Below are positions 10,927 to 24,130 of a DNA stretch of 64,000 bases, in pieces. Numbering within the stretch: the first letter of the stretch is position 1; each line of letters opens with the position of its first letter. The notes beneath the pieces are model-generated. The model was not told the origin of the DNA. It was given only the letters and a program-made list of their open reading frames with translations, and ran no database searches. Source of the DNA: Fimbriosthenelais zetlandica (lineage: Eukaryota); assembly GCA_977030845.1 (NCBI GenBank), contig OZ365116.1, positions 14,508,001-14,572,000 on the forward strand, read 5' to 3'. A program made the translations under genes and the position numbers.

Positions 10927-12403
10927 TCATCCATACAGCTTGTTAGGCAGGTAAGCGTTACTCACGTTGATGGAGGTGGGTTTTTTGCGGAAGGTAGAAG
11001 TATGTGCTAGAGATATGTAAGTACCCGTTGTCCTCATACTCGACTGTCCGCGTCTTGGCATCCCCTTGTTGGGATAACATCTGAACAATCTAATCAACAC
11101 AGTCCTAAAGTTCCGTGAACACAGGCAGTAAATACAAAAGTTCACAGCTGAATTGATAGTCACAAAGATGTTACTGATGATGGAGGCGTATCGACGGGGC
11201 ATTTCTAGATATGTAAAGATCTCAAAACCTTCACTAAGCGACCATAAGAGGTGGGCAACCAGAGTCGTCATGTTGCAAACGATGGCAACCAGTACGACAG
11301 TTACTACAGTCGCTGTTACACTCCGAGATCTCGAAGTGTTGCCCTCTGCAATCTGAGCACGGTAGAGCTCTGCATTGCGAAGTGTTCGTAGAAGTTCAGT
11401 GTTTAAAGCTATCAGCAAAAGCATTGGCAGAAGATACTGGTAAAAGAAAAAGCCAATCATGCGGTATCCAACGTTGTACTGCCCATTGGTCATAAGCGAT
11501 GTGGCTTTGAATCCGAAGTGATTACCAAGATCAATCTCATACTCAAAGAAACGGGGTAAACTGAAAAGTAACGATATGATGATCAGGGCTATTAGGTTTT
11601 TGATGGCCCTTGGGTAGGTGCACAGCCGCTGTGCATGAAGAGGATGCCGCACAGCAATGTATCGATCTACTGTTAACAGGACGACAAGCCAGGTGTCGAT
11701 AAGGCGGAAAAAGTAGACCATGGGGTAGGTCCATCTGAAGATATAAGGATAGACTGTTAAGTAGGGGGCTAACCAGTCCCACTCCGTGTAGTAGCAGAGA
11801 TAGCGTAGAGAGCGTAGTATCAAGGAAGTAAGGAGGACGCTAGTGTCTGCCACAGCTAAAGCCTGGAGGAATAACATGGTACCCTGACGCTGCTTCTGTC
11901 GATACAAGACAATGATGGCCAGTACATTCCCCACAAATCCGAACAGCGCTATTGGTGCAACGATACAAAACTCACAGATGAACCTGAAAAACAAAAAAAT
12001 AAAGTTATTAGACATTCAATCTCTTCGTCATACCATTTTCTTTAGGTCTTGATGGAGTTATATATTATAATTTGAACCTGATATTCGCATTCTACTAGAT
12101 TTTAAAAGGATTGTAAAGGATATCATATAGGTTACCAATATTGCTGACATTTTATCCATTGAAGGATGTTAATGAAAAGGACAGAGGAACTATAGCCAAC
12201 CTGAAGATCATAGAGGGACCTGAGGACTGTTTAGGGGTAGGTATGGATGTAGCGTTCTCAGGCAGGCTGGTGAAGTTAATAAAGTTGTCAGTAAATGATG
12301 ATGACGGGGAATAGTGCGGGAAGGTGGTGGTGGTTGTTATCAGGTTATTGGTGCCCATCATATCCAGCACCTCGGGTGAGGACGTGCTCAAAGAAGTATC
12401 CAT
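10927..12403 (-). CDS. Class A GPCR, FMRFamide-receptor-like; two coding exons 12403-12201 and 11983-10927, 419 aa
   Basis: 7TM protein with GN (TM1), LAVAD (TM2), DRYIAVRHPL, PRFFEY, YLLPM and NSAVNFCIY. Exon 1 starts in a strong Kozak context (GCCGCCGGGATGG) and encodes a Ser/Thr-rich N-terminus with NFT and NAT sequons. A phase-2 GT-AG intron (12200-11984) joins GPSMIFR to FICE, colinear with GPDMLMRFLCD in the paralogue. Confidence 0.95.
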
Positions 12404-15400
12404 CCCGGCGGCTGACTAGTCCTCTAAAACCTCACAGGGGATTTCTATTTTATATCCTTGTCATGGAAAGACAAAAAATACATTATAGCAGAACCATGAA
12501 ACCGATAGATATCAACAATAAGTGGTAAAGGATGATCCCAAGGAAGGGTATTTTTACATCACTGATAACAACAGACAGGACAAAAACATCTGCTGTTAAG
12601 ATATCTACTGACACTGTCGGGTAGAATAATTTTTAAAAGAATGACAGTGAAGGATCGGAGGGAGAAAGCTTTTCCTAAATCCCATAGAAGACAGATGCAT
12701 TGCGATCATAACAAAGCGTGGCTCTTCTGTACCAAAGATAGCTCAGACACAAGAAAGCCCAGTAAAGATGTGAGAAAGAAAATACCAACAGGAAAACAGA
12801 TGGATAGCTATAAAACACATAAATAAGAACAATGTTTGAACAATCACAGGCCATAAGCTAAAGCAAACAAGGATGACTATGATGAATTGGGGATAACAGG
12901 CGCAGGACCTTACAATAAATAAATCTAAATAATTAGTGTCCACCAAGGGATTTGATTAATAAACTGTATATATATATTGTGGTGGATTATTAGGATGATT
13001 AGAGGCGGGAGAGTATAACAGTCTGGGCTTTACATTTATCCGTCAATCCATCATGTTATATTACCCCCAATGTATTAATCAACAGAAGTAGGATCCCCTG
13101 ATTAATTTACCATTGTAATTCTTTGCCGCCATAAAATACCAAGCACTATTTATCAGGGCGAAAAAATGCAATCTGTGTGCAATATTACTTTCCTGTATTT
13201 TTAGATTGAGACGTAAATGTTCAAGCCACTCAATGCTCAATGGGAGTGTCAAACCTAGAATGACCACAACACCTTTTTATTGGCAGCCTTTTCTTTACAC
13301 AGGGAATTTCGAGTGTGAAGGGAAGCGTACATGATATAGGCAATACAACAGCCCGAGACCACTCAACATAGAGCCTTTAAAGGTCATCCTAAAGGAGAGT
13401 AGTAAACTGCCTCCTCCACCTGCAGCCTCTTATAGGAATGAATTTCATTCATGGAGCAATTTTTTTACATGAATTATTTGCTTCATGCACCAGCCAATAT
13501 GAGGAGGTGCACGACGCAGCACATTAACTGGTGCATTAGTAGAAGAGTCCCAACACATTATAGATGAATGTTATAAGAAAACTCTGTGTGTACTCTACTT
13601 GACTTCTGACACTGCCAGAAATACACAGTGAGATAAGGGAACAATTAAACGCGGTTGCAGACTTTTGAAATCATCAAAAAGCGATGGCTGTTCAGATCGA
13701 TTCTCAGACTCTTCTCTATAGCCATTAGCTAGCAGGGGAGGTGAGAATAAAAACGTCTACTTCATCTTGACCTGATTGATTAGGGTGTTGATCAGGGCGG
13801 CTTGATCCCATTAACAAAGTTTACCCTTAATTGGGAACTAAACTACGCAGTGTTTTGTTGGTATTACATGGCCATATCTCAGTTCCGTTAATGTGGAAAC
13901 CACAAGGCCATGATACACGAAGATGATTACCCATAGTTTACAGATTGATTACTTAAGATATAGTAACTAATTAATTATGATATATAATTATGTCCAATTA
14001 CCTGAGCAATTTACACAATTCCAGTAGGCAATATACACAATTCCAGCTATAGGAAAAAATGAGATTGGGAGCTGAGCAAAACCTTTTGAAAAGTCAGAGA
14101 AATTCACCTTCTACTTTAAGAAAGAGGGACCCTTGTCGATGTGGAAACATTTTAAAAGAAAAACAAAGCAAAAAGCGTCAGCAGTACCTATTACCTTAAC
14201 GGCAAATCAAACAGTCAATGCTAATCACTATACTGAGAAGAGATAAATCAATAGGTAAGAGATGGCTTACATGTGTAATGAAGAGTGAAGTTTAGGATCC
14301 TGCTGATGGTCTGAGGCCAGCCCTCACCGTGTCTGGCGGGAGATGTTCTATGAGCAGATTGCCTTCAGCTCATGAGCAGCTCATGACAGCCCAGACCACA
14401 CCTCCTCCTCCTCCTCCTACCCATTCACTGAGATGGCCCTTGGTTCCCACGCTGAATGACATGCAACCACATGATGAGTCGTGTGTTAGGCAGCATAAAA
14501 CACTCCTTCATACAGCAGAATAACTCTTGACACACATCCCCTTATGACACTCGAGGTGGGTCTCATTAAACCCTTCCTTTATTAATGATTTCCATGAAAC
14601 TGGTATTGTTCGGTTTCAGATCATCAGATCATTATGGAATGGATCTGTCTACCTCTGTTCGATTGATAATAAAGTTTCCATACTCCATGTTTTGTGAATA
14701 AGGGTGAAATGAGTGCACTCCGAGGGGTTTATATCCGGATTATTCAATTTGCTCAGAGATCTCAATTTTATGATTATTGCGTTACCAGTCAGTTTAGTTA
14801 ATTACAAAGATTTCATTTTCCGGGAAACGCTATTCCACCCACGTGAAATCTGGAGGCGATCGTGCACACAAATCAATCCCCAAGCCACCACCTGTTTCAA
14901 CATTCTCAGATTTTAAAACCAAATTGTCCGAGGTAGCTCAGGCGAGGATTTTAAATAACCCTTATCTTCAATAACGAAAAGCTGTCGCAGGTCCCAGTAA
15001 TTAGCGCTGATCAATGAATCAGTTCAATTAACTCTTCTTCTCCCTGGCAAATGCATTGTTCGGCTTTGAATCTCTTTTTGCTTCCAGGATCGGCCAATCC
15101 AACAATGGGACATGCAGGGTCGAAAAACCGTCCATATCATAATGAGGACCGATTAGGTCAATCCAACTCTTTTCTGGGACGCGACCATTTCCTTGATATA
15201 AGTCTATCTCGGGCAAGATCGAGATAATATATGCTGACACTTGATGTCACACTTCCTATGACCATCCGGCTGTAGCGAGGCCCAAAGCGACGAAGAGGAG
15301 TGGGTGGTGGAGGGCTTCCATCCGTCCGCTTCTGAATGGTCCTGCTATAGCAAGTGCTATGGAGAATTATTGGCTGACCAATGTCTTTTCTCACAGAGAA

Positions 15401-18400
15401 AAACCTCAGCCTTGACGGTTGACGAATGACAGACACTGGCAGGGGCATCCACTGGAAATGACGGCCACAGAGGACCATCTGAAAAAAATGATTTCCAAGT
15501 TTAGAAATATATTTTTTTAGGGAAAAATAGATCAATTTAATTCTGGGGACACGATATTTATGCCTGCGTCACACTGTAGCGATGTTGACACCAATGGACA
15601 CATGATTCGTGCAGGCGGAAAGAAATGACATATCCAATAGTTCATTAGAAGGCATGTGGGGATAATTCCCTCGGGACGAATTTACCTCAGCTGACATTGT
15701 TTTGTAGTTCGGGGGTAACTATGAACTGAAAGACAGGATATCGCCTTTCATTTTAAAAAAAGCCTTTACAAAATGGCCGTCAAATATTCCCAAAGGACAC
15801 GCTAAATTTACTTCTATTTGTCGTCAAAACACCTCAAAAGACAATAAAACGTGATATCTTTTTCTATTGCCTGAGGTACGAACATGCCAAAGCGGACCTT
15901 GCATCAAGACTTGAAGGAAAACGCCTCTTTCAGCACTTAACCCACCAACTATATAGTGAGCAGGAAGCTCGATATGCAATTGTAGCAAGCCGGTGGAAGA
16001 TGGTGCTAATATGGCCTCCTACATGAGGATAATGTAAACCTCAACTAACATATTGTCCTGACAGGCGCGGTGGACGTTTTATATTGTCTCATTTGCTATT
16101 CTCCTCTCTTTCTCCTTCCTCATCCTCCACCCTCATATAGCCATCCGCCAAACCGTAATCACGGCAATTGGCCAATAGCCAGTATATACAAATAAGGTAA
16201 ATGAGGTACTATATCTGGTATTATTTTATCCCTAGCTGTGATAGACCCTTTTATTCTCACGGGGGTGACAATCATCGATAACCAATTCAGCTCTGAAATT
16301 CTTGAGAAATATTTGCATGAGATAAGAGTAGTAAGGGCAGGAATTTTCAGATACATTTTTCCAATCATTTATGAGCTGTGTGAGATGGTCAAACGGCGGT
16401 GGGGTCCACCTGAATCCCTAGAGCCCGCAAACCCTTCCCTCCACAAGGTCACTGGTCAAACAATTTTCCTTCACTCTGCAGCCATTATATTACTGCCAAC
16501 TAATATCGTGATGGCTATTTCTACAATAGAGCACAAACAAGAATCCATCTTCACTTCCCACCAGCAAACAGCAATGCATGGATAGCCAGCTGAAAGGTCC
16601 TCACCGGACAACCCCGTCCACACACATGTTCCCCTGGCCTGCAGTTTGCCTAAGATTTTGATCTGCTGTAGGTCTATGTCATGGTACAGCACATGGACAT
16701 ATAGGTAAGGGAATACATCTACATGTATATACCAACCATAACTTGGAAGTAATGGAGCTAAATTACAGATAGCCAAATACAGGTTAAACATGAAGGATAT
16801 TAGGAGAGGTTTCTAGCAAATCAACATGATTGTTATTTCCTAGTAGTGAATGGGGGATATCTTGGAGTTCTCTATCCCATTGGGAAAGGTTTTTCTTATA
16901 ATCTTCCTTCACCTCATATAATGAAATTTGTCATTAGCTTAATGAGAATCCAATTAAATCAAACTTGCACAAAATATTATTTAACTCGCAAAACAGTTCT
17001 TCTTAGTAATACCTAGATTCATTGAAAACATATTCGTGTAGAAATTCCCTAGAGTAATACCCCACAAATAGGTGTAACGGACTGTTCAAATTACAAGTAT
17101 TGGATATGAACAGTAATATTGAATTGGACAGGTATAGTGGGTCGTCACCTATAAGTAGTAAGTCAGAGATAAGGACAGGGCTTGGCATAAACCATTGACA
17201 CCTCTTTCATGTACTCCCCGGAAGTACATTGTTTTACTCTTCATTAGTGATCAGAGATGCTTCCTTTCTAACGCATCATGGGAATAAGGACCGATATCAT
17301 ATATAGATGACGTCAATCCGGGCATACCTAAAATGAATGATTGATGCTATGCAAAGAAATACTATTCGAAAAAGGAAAATAATCTATTCAGAAGGTGTAT
17401 ATAGTGTATATATATATATATATTACTCAGAATGTTTTGAGGAAAAGGAAAAGGGTCAGACTACTACAAGGGTCTTTGATCCCAGACAATATATTAAGCA
17501 CTTAGATAAAAGATTTCAAAAGAACTGCCATGAATCCATTTGTTTAAGAAAGAGAGGAGGAATCTATTCATACATAATCCACCTTTCTCGTGTATAGGAC
17601 CTATACAAGCCGTATGATCAGAGTGGGTGGGCATGAAAGGTTGGTGTCATGTCGAGGTGCAGTTATATACTACATTATCACCCAAGACGGAATAGATAGG
17701 TGATAAAACGAGACGTGCACGAGTCTATGGTCCGTTCTCCGATTTTCTTTTGGGTAATCAATCAATATGATCAACTACATGTATAGCGTTAGAGGAATCA
17801 CACGTTGAGGAATCACACATGAAGTCCGACTGAGAGACAGGAGTGAGTCAATGAGAAAGTCCATCAGCAAATGAATTAAGGAGCGAAGACTTACAAGTCT
17901 ATAAAGTCTGGTAAAATGTGGAAATAACATGTAGGATGTTCCAGGATTTATGAATATATTGGAGTGATTGAACAACCCTGATCCAAAGTAAGGCTCCGAC
18001 CCACAAGATTAGGTCAGGGAGGGGCTTAATACCCCTATAAAGCTGTAAATAATGTGCGTTTCTTAATGAGGGTGACCGGACAATAAAGGACAAGAGTCCT
18101 GGCGTGTAACATGTCTTCAAGACACTGCTTCATGGCAATATGGCATTGACATGGGGCACCAGAACCCTAACAATAAAGTCACACCCAATAACCATAGTTG
18201 ATGACTATCTCAACGGCTCAGAATGACCAAAACGCTCAAGGGTTTCGACCTATAGCTGATGTTTTGTACATAAGAAAAACAGCCTCTATTACGACTTACA
18301 CATCATTTCATCTTCTAGTTGGATTTATGAAAGACTTTCAAGAAAACTTGAAGGAGAATCAGCACATATAAAACCGATAAATGATAGGTTCGACTAACTT

Positions 18401-19740
18401 TCACATGGAACTTGAAAAAAGATTTATAGCAAGGTCCGTATTAGATCAAACCTCGGAGAGGACATTTCGTGGATTCAATCAATGACCCTGGTATTGGTAA
18501 TCATAGACGTGAGGAGTTAGATATAAATCATCAAAGTGACGACGTCTATAATGATGCCCTGCCCGCCATATATAATTATACCTCCATCCTTCTAAAACAC
18601 GTCACACTCTATCATCTCACTCCCCCTCCATCCATCTGCTCACCTCGCAATACATTTAATAACTTTATTTTCATCTCATCTACCCTTCTACAGAACTCAC
18701 CTAATCCCTCTGTCACAGACTGATGAGCATACAAATGTAGACGGACCTGTTATACTGCATAATATTATAATATCGATATTCATTATAATGGAAGGGTAAT
18801 TATCATGCACGCGCACACTCTATAGGATATTCTGAGATGTTGCATAACTCCATTTCATTTGTCAAGATATTTTATATAATAAATGATTACACAATTACAT
18901 GACGTCAATTTGAATATTTCATGAACAGATTTTTTCTTAGGTGGCGGGAAGCTGATCGAGTAGGTGTTATGTATATGAAATCTACAATGTATATTGTACG
19001 GGTTATGATGCACTGTTAAAAATCCTGGTAATAGCTCACCTCTGGGTAAAGATAATATAACGCGGGGTATAAAGTTCAGATTTATTAATATTGGGTAGTG
19101 TTTTCAGCGGAAAATTGTCATGGTTTCAGGGGTCTTTTACTTCCAACAGCGATTGTTTATCTCTGGGCAAAGAAACTTATACCCCATTTTACTAACTTCA
19201 CATTACTATTGACAGCCACCATGTACTAATGCCATAATTACCCTTAATCCTCTCAGTGGCCACTGATGCATGAAGCCAGCGGCCTAATGCCTAATCCTCC
19301 ACCTCCCCACCTTAGCTTTTATGGTTATGCATGAGGCTTTGGTGAAATGAATTTCATTTACCACTTTTAAAATAATGGTTTCCATTGCATGACATAAAGA
19401 TGACTTGGAGATGTATTAATTAATTAATTATAATCTATGTTAGAAGCCGAATCTTAAACCCAAGCGTCTCCATATCAGGTAAGATGTTTTTGGGAAAGCA
19501 CAAATTTCCCTCATAAAGCCAGTCAAGCAACGAACATCTTTTTTTTTTTAGTTATAATTTTTATAGAACCTGTTATGGGTGAATACCAGCTCACACTCTT
19601 GATTACATGTACTCAAGTTTCTCGTATGATTTTCAGCTGGGGCTCTTTCTATGTTCATTACTACATTGCCTTCTGTGCAATGGATATTTCTAGAACATGT
19701 ATAGGCCTATGTACAACCCTGAGGAGGGAGGCATTGGAAA

Positions 19741-19815
19741 TGTCTTGGACAGCTCGGGAGATTGAACCGCCGAGCCTTCGATCATTGGTCAACCACCCTG
19801 TGTGAGCTGGCGCTC
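19741..19815 (-). mobile_element. Degenerate tRNA-derived SINE head
   Basis: Minus strand reads CAGCTCACACAGGGTGGTTGACCAATGATCGAAGGCTCGGCGGTTCAATCTCCCG, with A-box-like and B-box-like segments. It does not fold as a cloverleaf. Confidence 0.35.
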
Positions 19816-20862
19816 CATAACATTTCCATAGTTAAAATGCATACCGGTACCCCACAACCCTCTGGCATTCACTATCATCCACATCATTGACTAATACATA
19901 TTTACAATAATATGTATATGTGCTCATAATAGCACCCAATCAGAGATTAACCACCATGGTTAAATCAAATCTGCCGATTTCAATATTGTCATTATTTTTA
20001 ATCACTCAGTGATAGTCCGGTGAGTTAATAATATGCCTAAGCATTAGGCATCTTACAATCTAAATGGCTCCCAGTTACTACCCATCGCCATGATTGGGCT
20101 AGGCCCAGCGTGGGGGTTTGTGGAAGTTGGGTAGCTAAGAAAATCGGAAATATTTGTAAGAGATCCAGTGGGGGTCAACATAAAGGACTTAATGGTTAAA
20201 TATTTTATTATCAATCCCTAGTTTGTAATGACTAAATTATTAATCGATTTACCGCAAAATAGTTTAAATAATATACAACCCGACCACCCCTGCAAGCTAG
20301 CTAGTACAACCCTTGAATGGACTCACCCAGCCGTTAAAGTGTTACATCATCTTCACCGAGCCGTCTCTACTAAGGACTTGTCCTGGTTATTTGGAGAGAT
20401 ACATTCGAAGTGACCACAAGTACCGAGTAGGCCTACACACATAGGTAAAAATTTCCTATTCCATTTACAATGTTCTATCTTTATAATTGTAGACATATCA
20501 GATGGGATGATATTTTCACTCATTTCAACAAATGTAGTTGACATATTATACTCTATATTTTTTTCAGATTGATGTGACCAATTAATGCCCGAGAGGTAAT
20601 TCAAACTGGTTCTGATATTCTGGTGGGTAAAAGAATTTCTTTATTTGTTGAATTTATAACATACGATTTTAGTACGGCAACTGGGAAGGTAGTTATCATT
20701 TCACTAAAGTCTTATGCTCTGCAATTTGTTTCAGATTCAAGAGAAAGGAAGGCTATAGCCGCTAAATCCTAAAATACAGGGAAATGGGACGCATTTGGAC
20801 AAAAGGGTTAGTACATGTACCTACATGTATCCCACTAACACCCTCGGACTTATCTGCTTGGT

Positions 20863-20908
20863 GATACCAACGAGAGTAAGATAAACCTTATTTTACTCTC
20901 GTTGGTGT
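20863..20908. repeat. Near-perfect palindrome / hairpin (~20-bp arms)
   Basis: ACCAACGAGAGTAA (20866-20879) pairs perfectly with TTACTCTCGTTGGT (20893-20906). The stem extends by a G-T pair and ATAA/TTAT to a 3-nt loop. Confidence 0.85.
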
Positions 20909-23160
20909 GACGATTCCCAGGGTGATTTTTCCTGAGGAAGAAGGGAGATTTTGTAAATGTTTTATTCCTACTGAATAATATTAAACACAAACCTTTGCTC
21001 TTCGATTTACAGGTTTAAACTTCACATGGGTTAAGAGACTGGACCTGAACAATAGGCTGGATTACAAGAACAATAGGCTTGAATCCAGTGTCCCGTCAGA
21101 CAGGAAGGCGGCCCAACAACAATATAGGCCTTTGTTTCCTGTGACTTTCATCCTCCTGCTTCTCCATGTATACTATAATATTATCTTGCAGGAATAGAAC
21201 AACTCTCCAAACTCCTCAGGAATACAAGGAAGATGTCTCATTAAATACTGATGAGAAAATGATGAAATGATGAATTAAGACGAATGAAATTGATGTTGCC
21301 CAAAATAAAGATTAATCCTCTACAATAAAGCAGGGGGTGGGGTTGGAGGGGAGGGGGTGTACATTGGTTATATAACTATAATCCTTTAATTACCCTATAC
21401 CCTAAGCTTTCCACCTGCCCCCATTCCGTCACGCCTGGCTGCAGGCACCCGTCATGCTTGGTTGGCCCTGTTAATATTAATCCTTTAATTGGCCTCTCTG
21501 CCTCTATAATCGCCACACCTAGCTTTCTTCATGGGGCATAAAAATGGCAGATATAGTTGGGTAGTGAATCCTCACCCCTGTCATCGGGCATTGGATTTGG
21601 GTAAAGATATCGTTACACCTAGGCGTAATGCTTCATAGCAGTGTGGATTAGTAAACGTAAACTTAAGGCGGAGATTGATGTGTCATTCACACATTTGTCC
21701 GGTAAGTTATGAATGAGAGGATCGAGCAGATGAACTTCGATACAGAAAAAGTTGTTATATTCACCTTGTTGTCAATCACTTGGTTTACACGGAAATGTCT
21801 GATCATCCATCACCTGAAAGATAGTAAAACTTTTATGTAGAGTGGAAAAAGTTCACAACACATTCACCTCATGCATCGTGCCGCAGTTGACTAAAAACAT
21901 TGTTAAATATTACATGTGTATTTCATTTCAGAAATCCAAAATATTCATTTTATTTATCAATGAAACTTAATTGTTTTCTAGTTCCCTAAAATCAAATTTT
22001 GCTATAGAAAGCGGAGGAAAAACCTGACGAGGAGAGGGCAGTCACTTGGAATAAAGCATGCATGTGAGGAATTATGTTTGCGTTAGAGTTCTAAAGCCCA
22101 CCAAAAACTAATGTCAACGTTTTACCTCACCGCCCCCACTGATCAATCAATTCCCCATCTGGTGCTCCATTACTTCGTGATTACCACACAAATTCCTCAA
22201 AAGTGTATCAAGGTCAAAGGGCCAGATTTCCACAACATTGAAGCTTCAATTATTCCTGGCTAACCGCACAAAAAATCATTGGAACCTACTCCAGTACCCC
22301 CTAAAACACGCTAGGAACCATTGGAAGGCAATTGGGAACGGAAAATAATTTTTAGTTGATGCTTCATTCCTGGATGATTCCCTCCTAGAGATATACGACA
22401 GAGCATGCTTTTAGGCTGGGTTCCCCTACCAGTCCCAACTTTTCTTTTACCCTTCAACAAATTAGGGGAAGGGGTACAAATAGCAAATGCCAATCCCCAC
22501 CCTGTAGGACATATCCACACATTCACGGTAATAATGGAAAGAGATCACACTATTTTGAAATATCCCGTTACTGAGTTGGGATTTGATACGGACAGACATT
22601 ATCTGATACAGAATATACATGTATAAACGTAGAATCCTATAAATAGGAAAATCTCGGCTATAGTGAGGGCTGATATATAGAATCCAACATCAGAAGTTCG
22701 TAGGACCTCAGATTACCTCAGATAAATAACATAGAGGAGCTATATCCATTGAGGCACAGCTTGTGAGGGCAAGAACTATCACTCACACTAATGGACCCAC
22801 AAAGCCACTAAACACGGCACATCATGCCACATCAAAGACTCTACCACAAAAGCACCGACAAAACTCCCCAAGCTGGTCCTCATATCAGGAGATGCTCATC
22901 CAGTGGACAAAGTAAATCTCAGAGTAAAATGGTCAAGCTCTATCCATCGTTCAGTTTCATCTCCCCAAGAAGAAAATCTCTAACAAGTAACTATTTACTT
23001 GTTGGAAATCCAGAACAGATTTTCAATAAATTTCTTTCTGCGATGCTTGGATTTAATTTTAATTTCAGTGGCCTTTTATATCACAGTAAGAAACACTAGA
23101 TGGGGGAAGAGCAACAAAAAAATTGGAGAATGTCTGGGGAATTGAACCCTATATAGTCTA

Positions 23161-23256
23161 AAAGTGGGACTCCACTGCTGCGACAGTGCTTGTCGCGAAA
23201 CAAGCATCACCTTTGTCCCTGTAGTGCCGCAAGTACTTTCGCAGGAGTCCCACCTT
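23161..23256. mobile_element. ~95-bp MITE-like foldback element
   Basis: GTGGGACTCC...TGCGACAGTGCTTG on the left pairs with CAAGTACTTTCGCA-GGAGTCCCAC on the right (10/10 and 12/14). Flanks are TAAA and TTAA, resembling a TTAA target. Confidence 0.6.
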
Positions 23257-23948
23257 AATGGCTTTATTTTTTCCCTTTTTCTCAGAAGAAGAATAGGGAT
23301 AAAGCATGATTAGTGAGCTGTACTCGGGTTAATTGTGTGTTAGCGATATGCATGGTCCGCTTTGGACGCCGTAGGTCATCATTTCCGCCATATATACTGA
23401 CATAAATAGTACAGTAAGTTTTCAACATTAGGCTTAAGGAAGGAATGGATATATAATTTCCTATAATTAACTTATAGCCCATGGTTATGCTGGAGGGAAC
23501 TTAAACAGACCATCTATACAGGTTCAACTAACACATCATCTCCGAACATATATACCTGAAAGATACCAGCTTAATTATATTATAAAAGTACAAAATGAGC
23601 ACTGAATGAAAGGTGACAAGACAAGACCATGAAAAATCTTAGTATAAAATTAATTTGCCTGAACTATTTATGTATGATTTAGTTCTGCTGAGGGACATCT
23701 TATTAGTAAATGTCATTCCTTTTACTCTCGTGAGTGTACTGGGAGGAATATTATCCTTCTTTTGACCATACAAAGATTTGTTATAGCCTCGTATGAAGGT
23801 ACTAATGTCACCCTCATTCCTCCTTGTGAAGGTATTATGCCTGACCTCATAGACATGACATGGACCTGTGTCCAAGAAATAAAACTGAACAAGTTTTACC
23901 TTTATATGCGCATATAACAACCAATAATATAAATCTGCATAAGCTTTT

Positions 23949-24130
23949 ACTACACCAAATTAATTAGAGCCCAAAGCAGGAATTTGCTCTTACTACCGTT
24001 TCTTGGTATTCTGAGCTCGTTTTCCGTGCACTGTAGTGGTTGGTTAATTCTGTCTACTACACTAAATTCACTATAGCCCAAAGCAGAAATTAACTCCTTT
24101 CACCATCTATTCTTCCATACACTGTAATCT
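23949..24130. repeat. Diverged ~107-bp tandem duplication
   Basis: TACTACACCAAATTAATTAGAGCCCAAAGCAGGAATT...CACTGTA versus TACTACACTAAATTCACTATAGCCCAAAGCAGAAATT...CACTGTA. Confidence 0.6.

Noticed and set aside
11984-12015. ATG at 12015 as the GPCR start (MSNNFIFLFF)
   Set aside because: It lies in the polypyrimidine tract of the intron. The upstream exon gives a Kozak ATG, a glycosylated N-terminus and colinearity with the paralogue.
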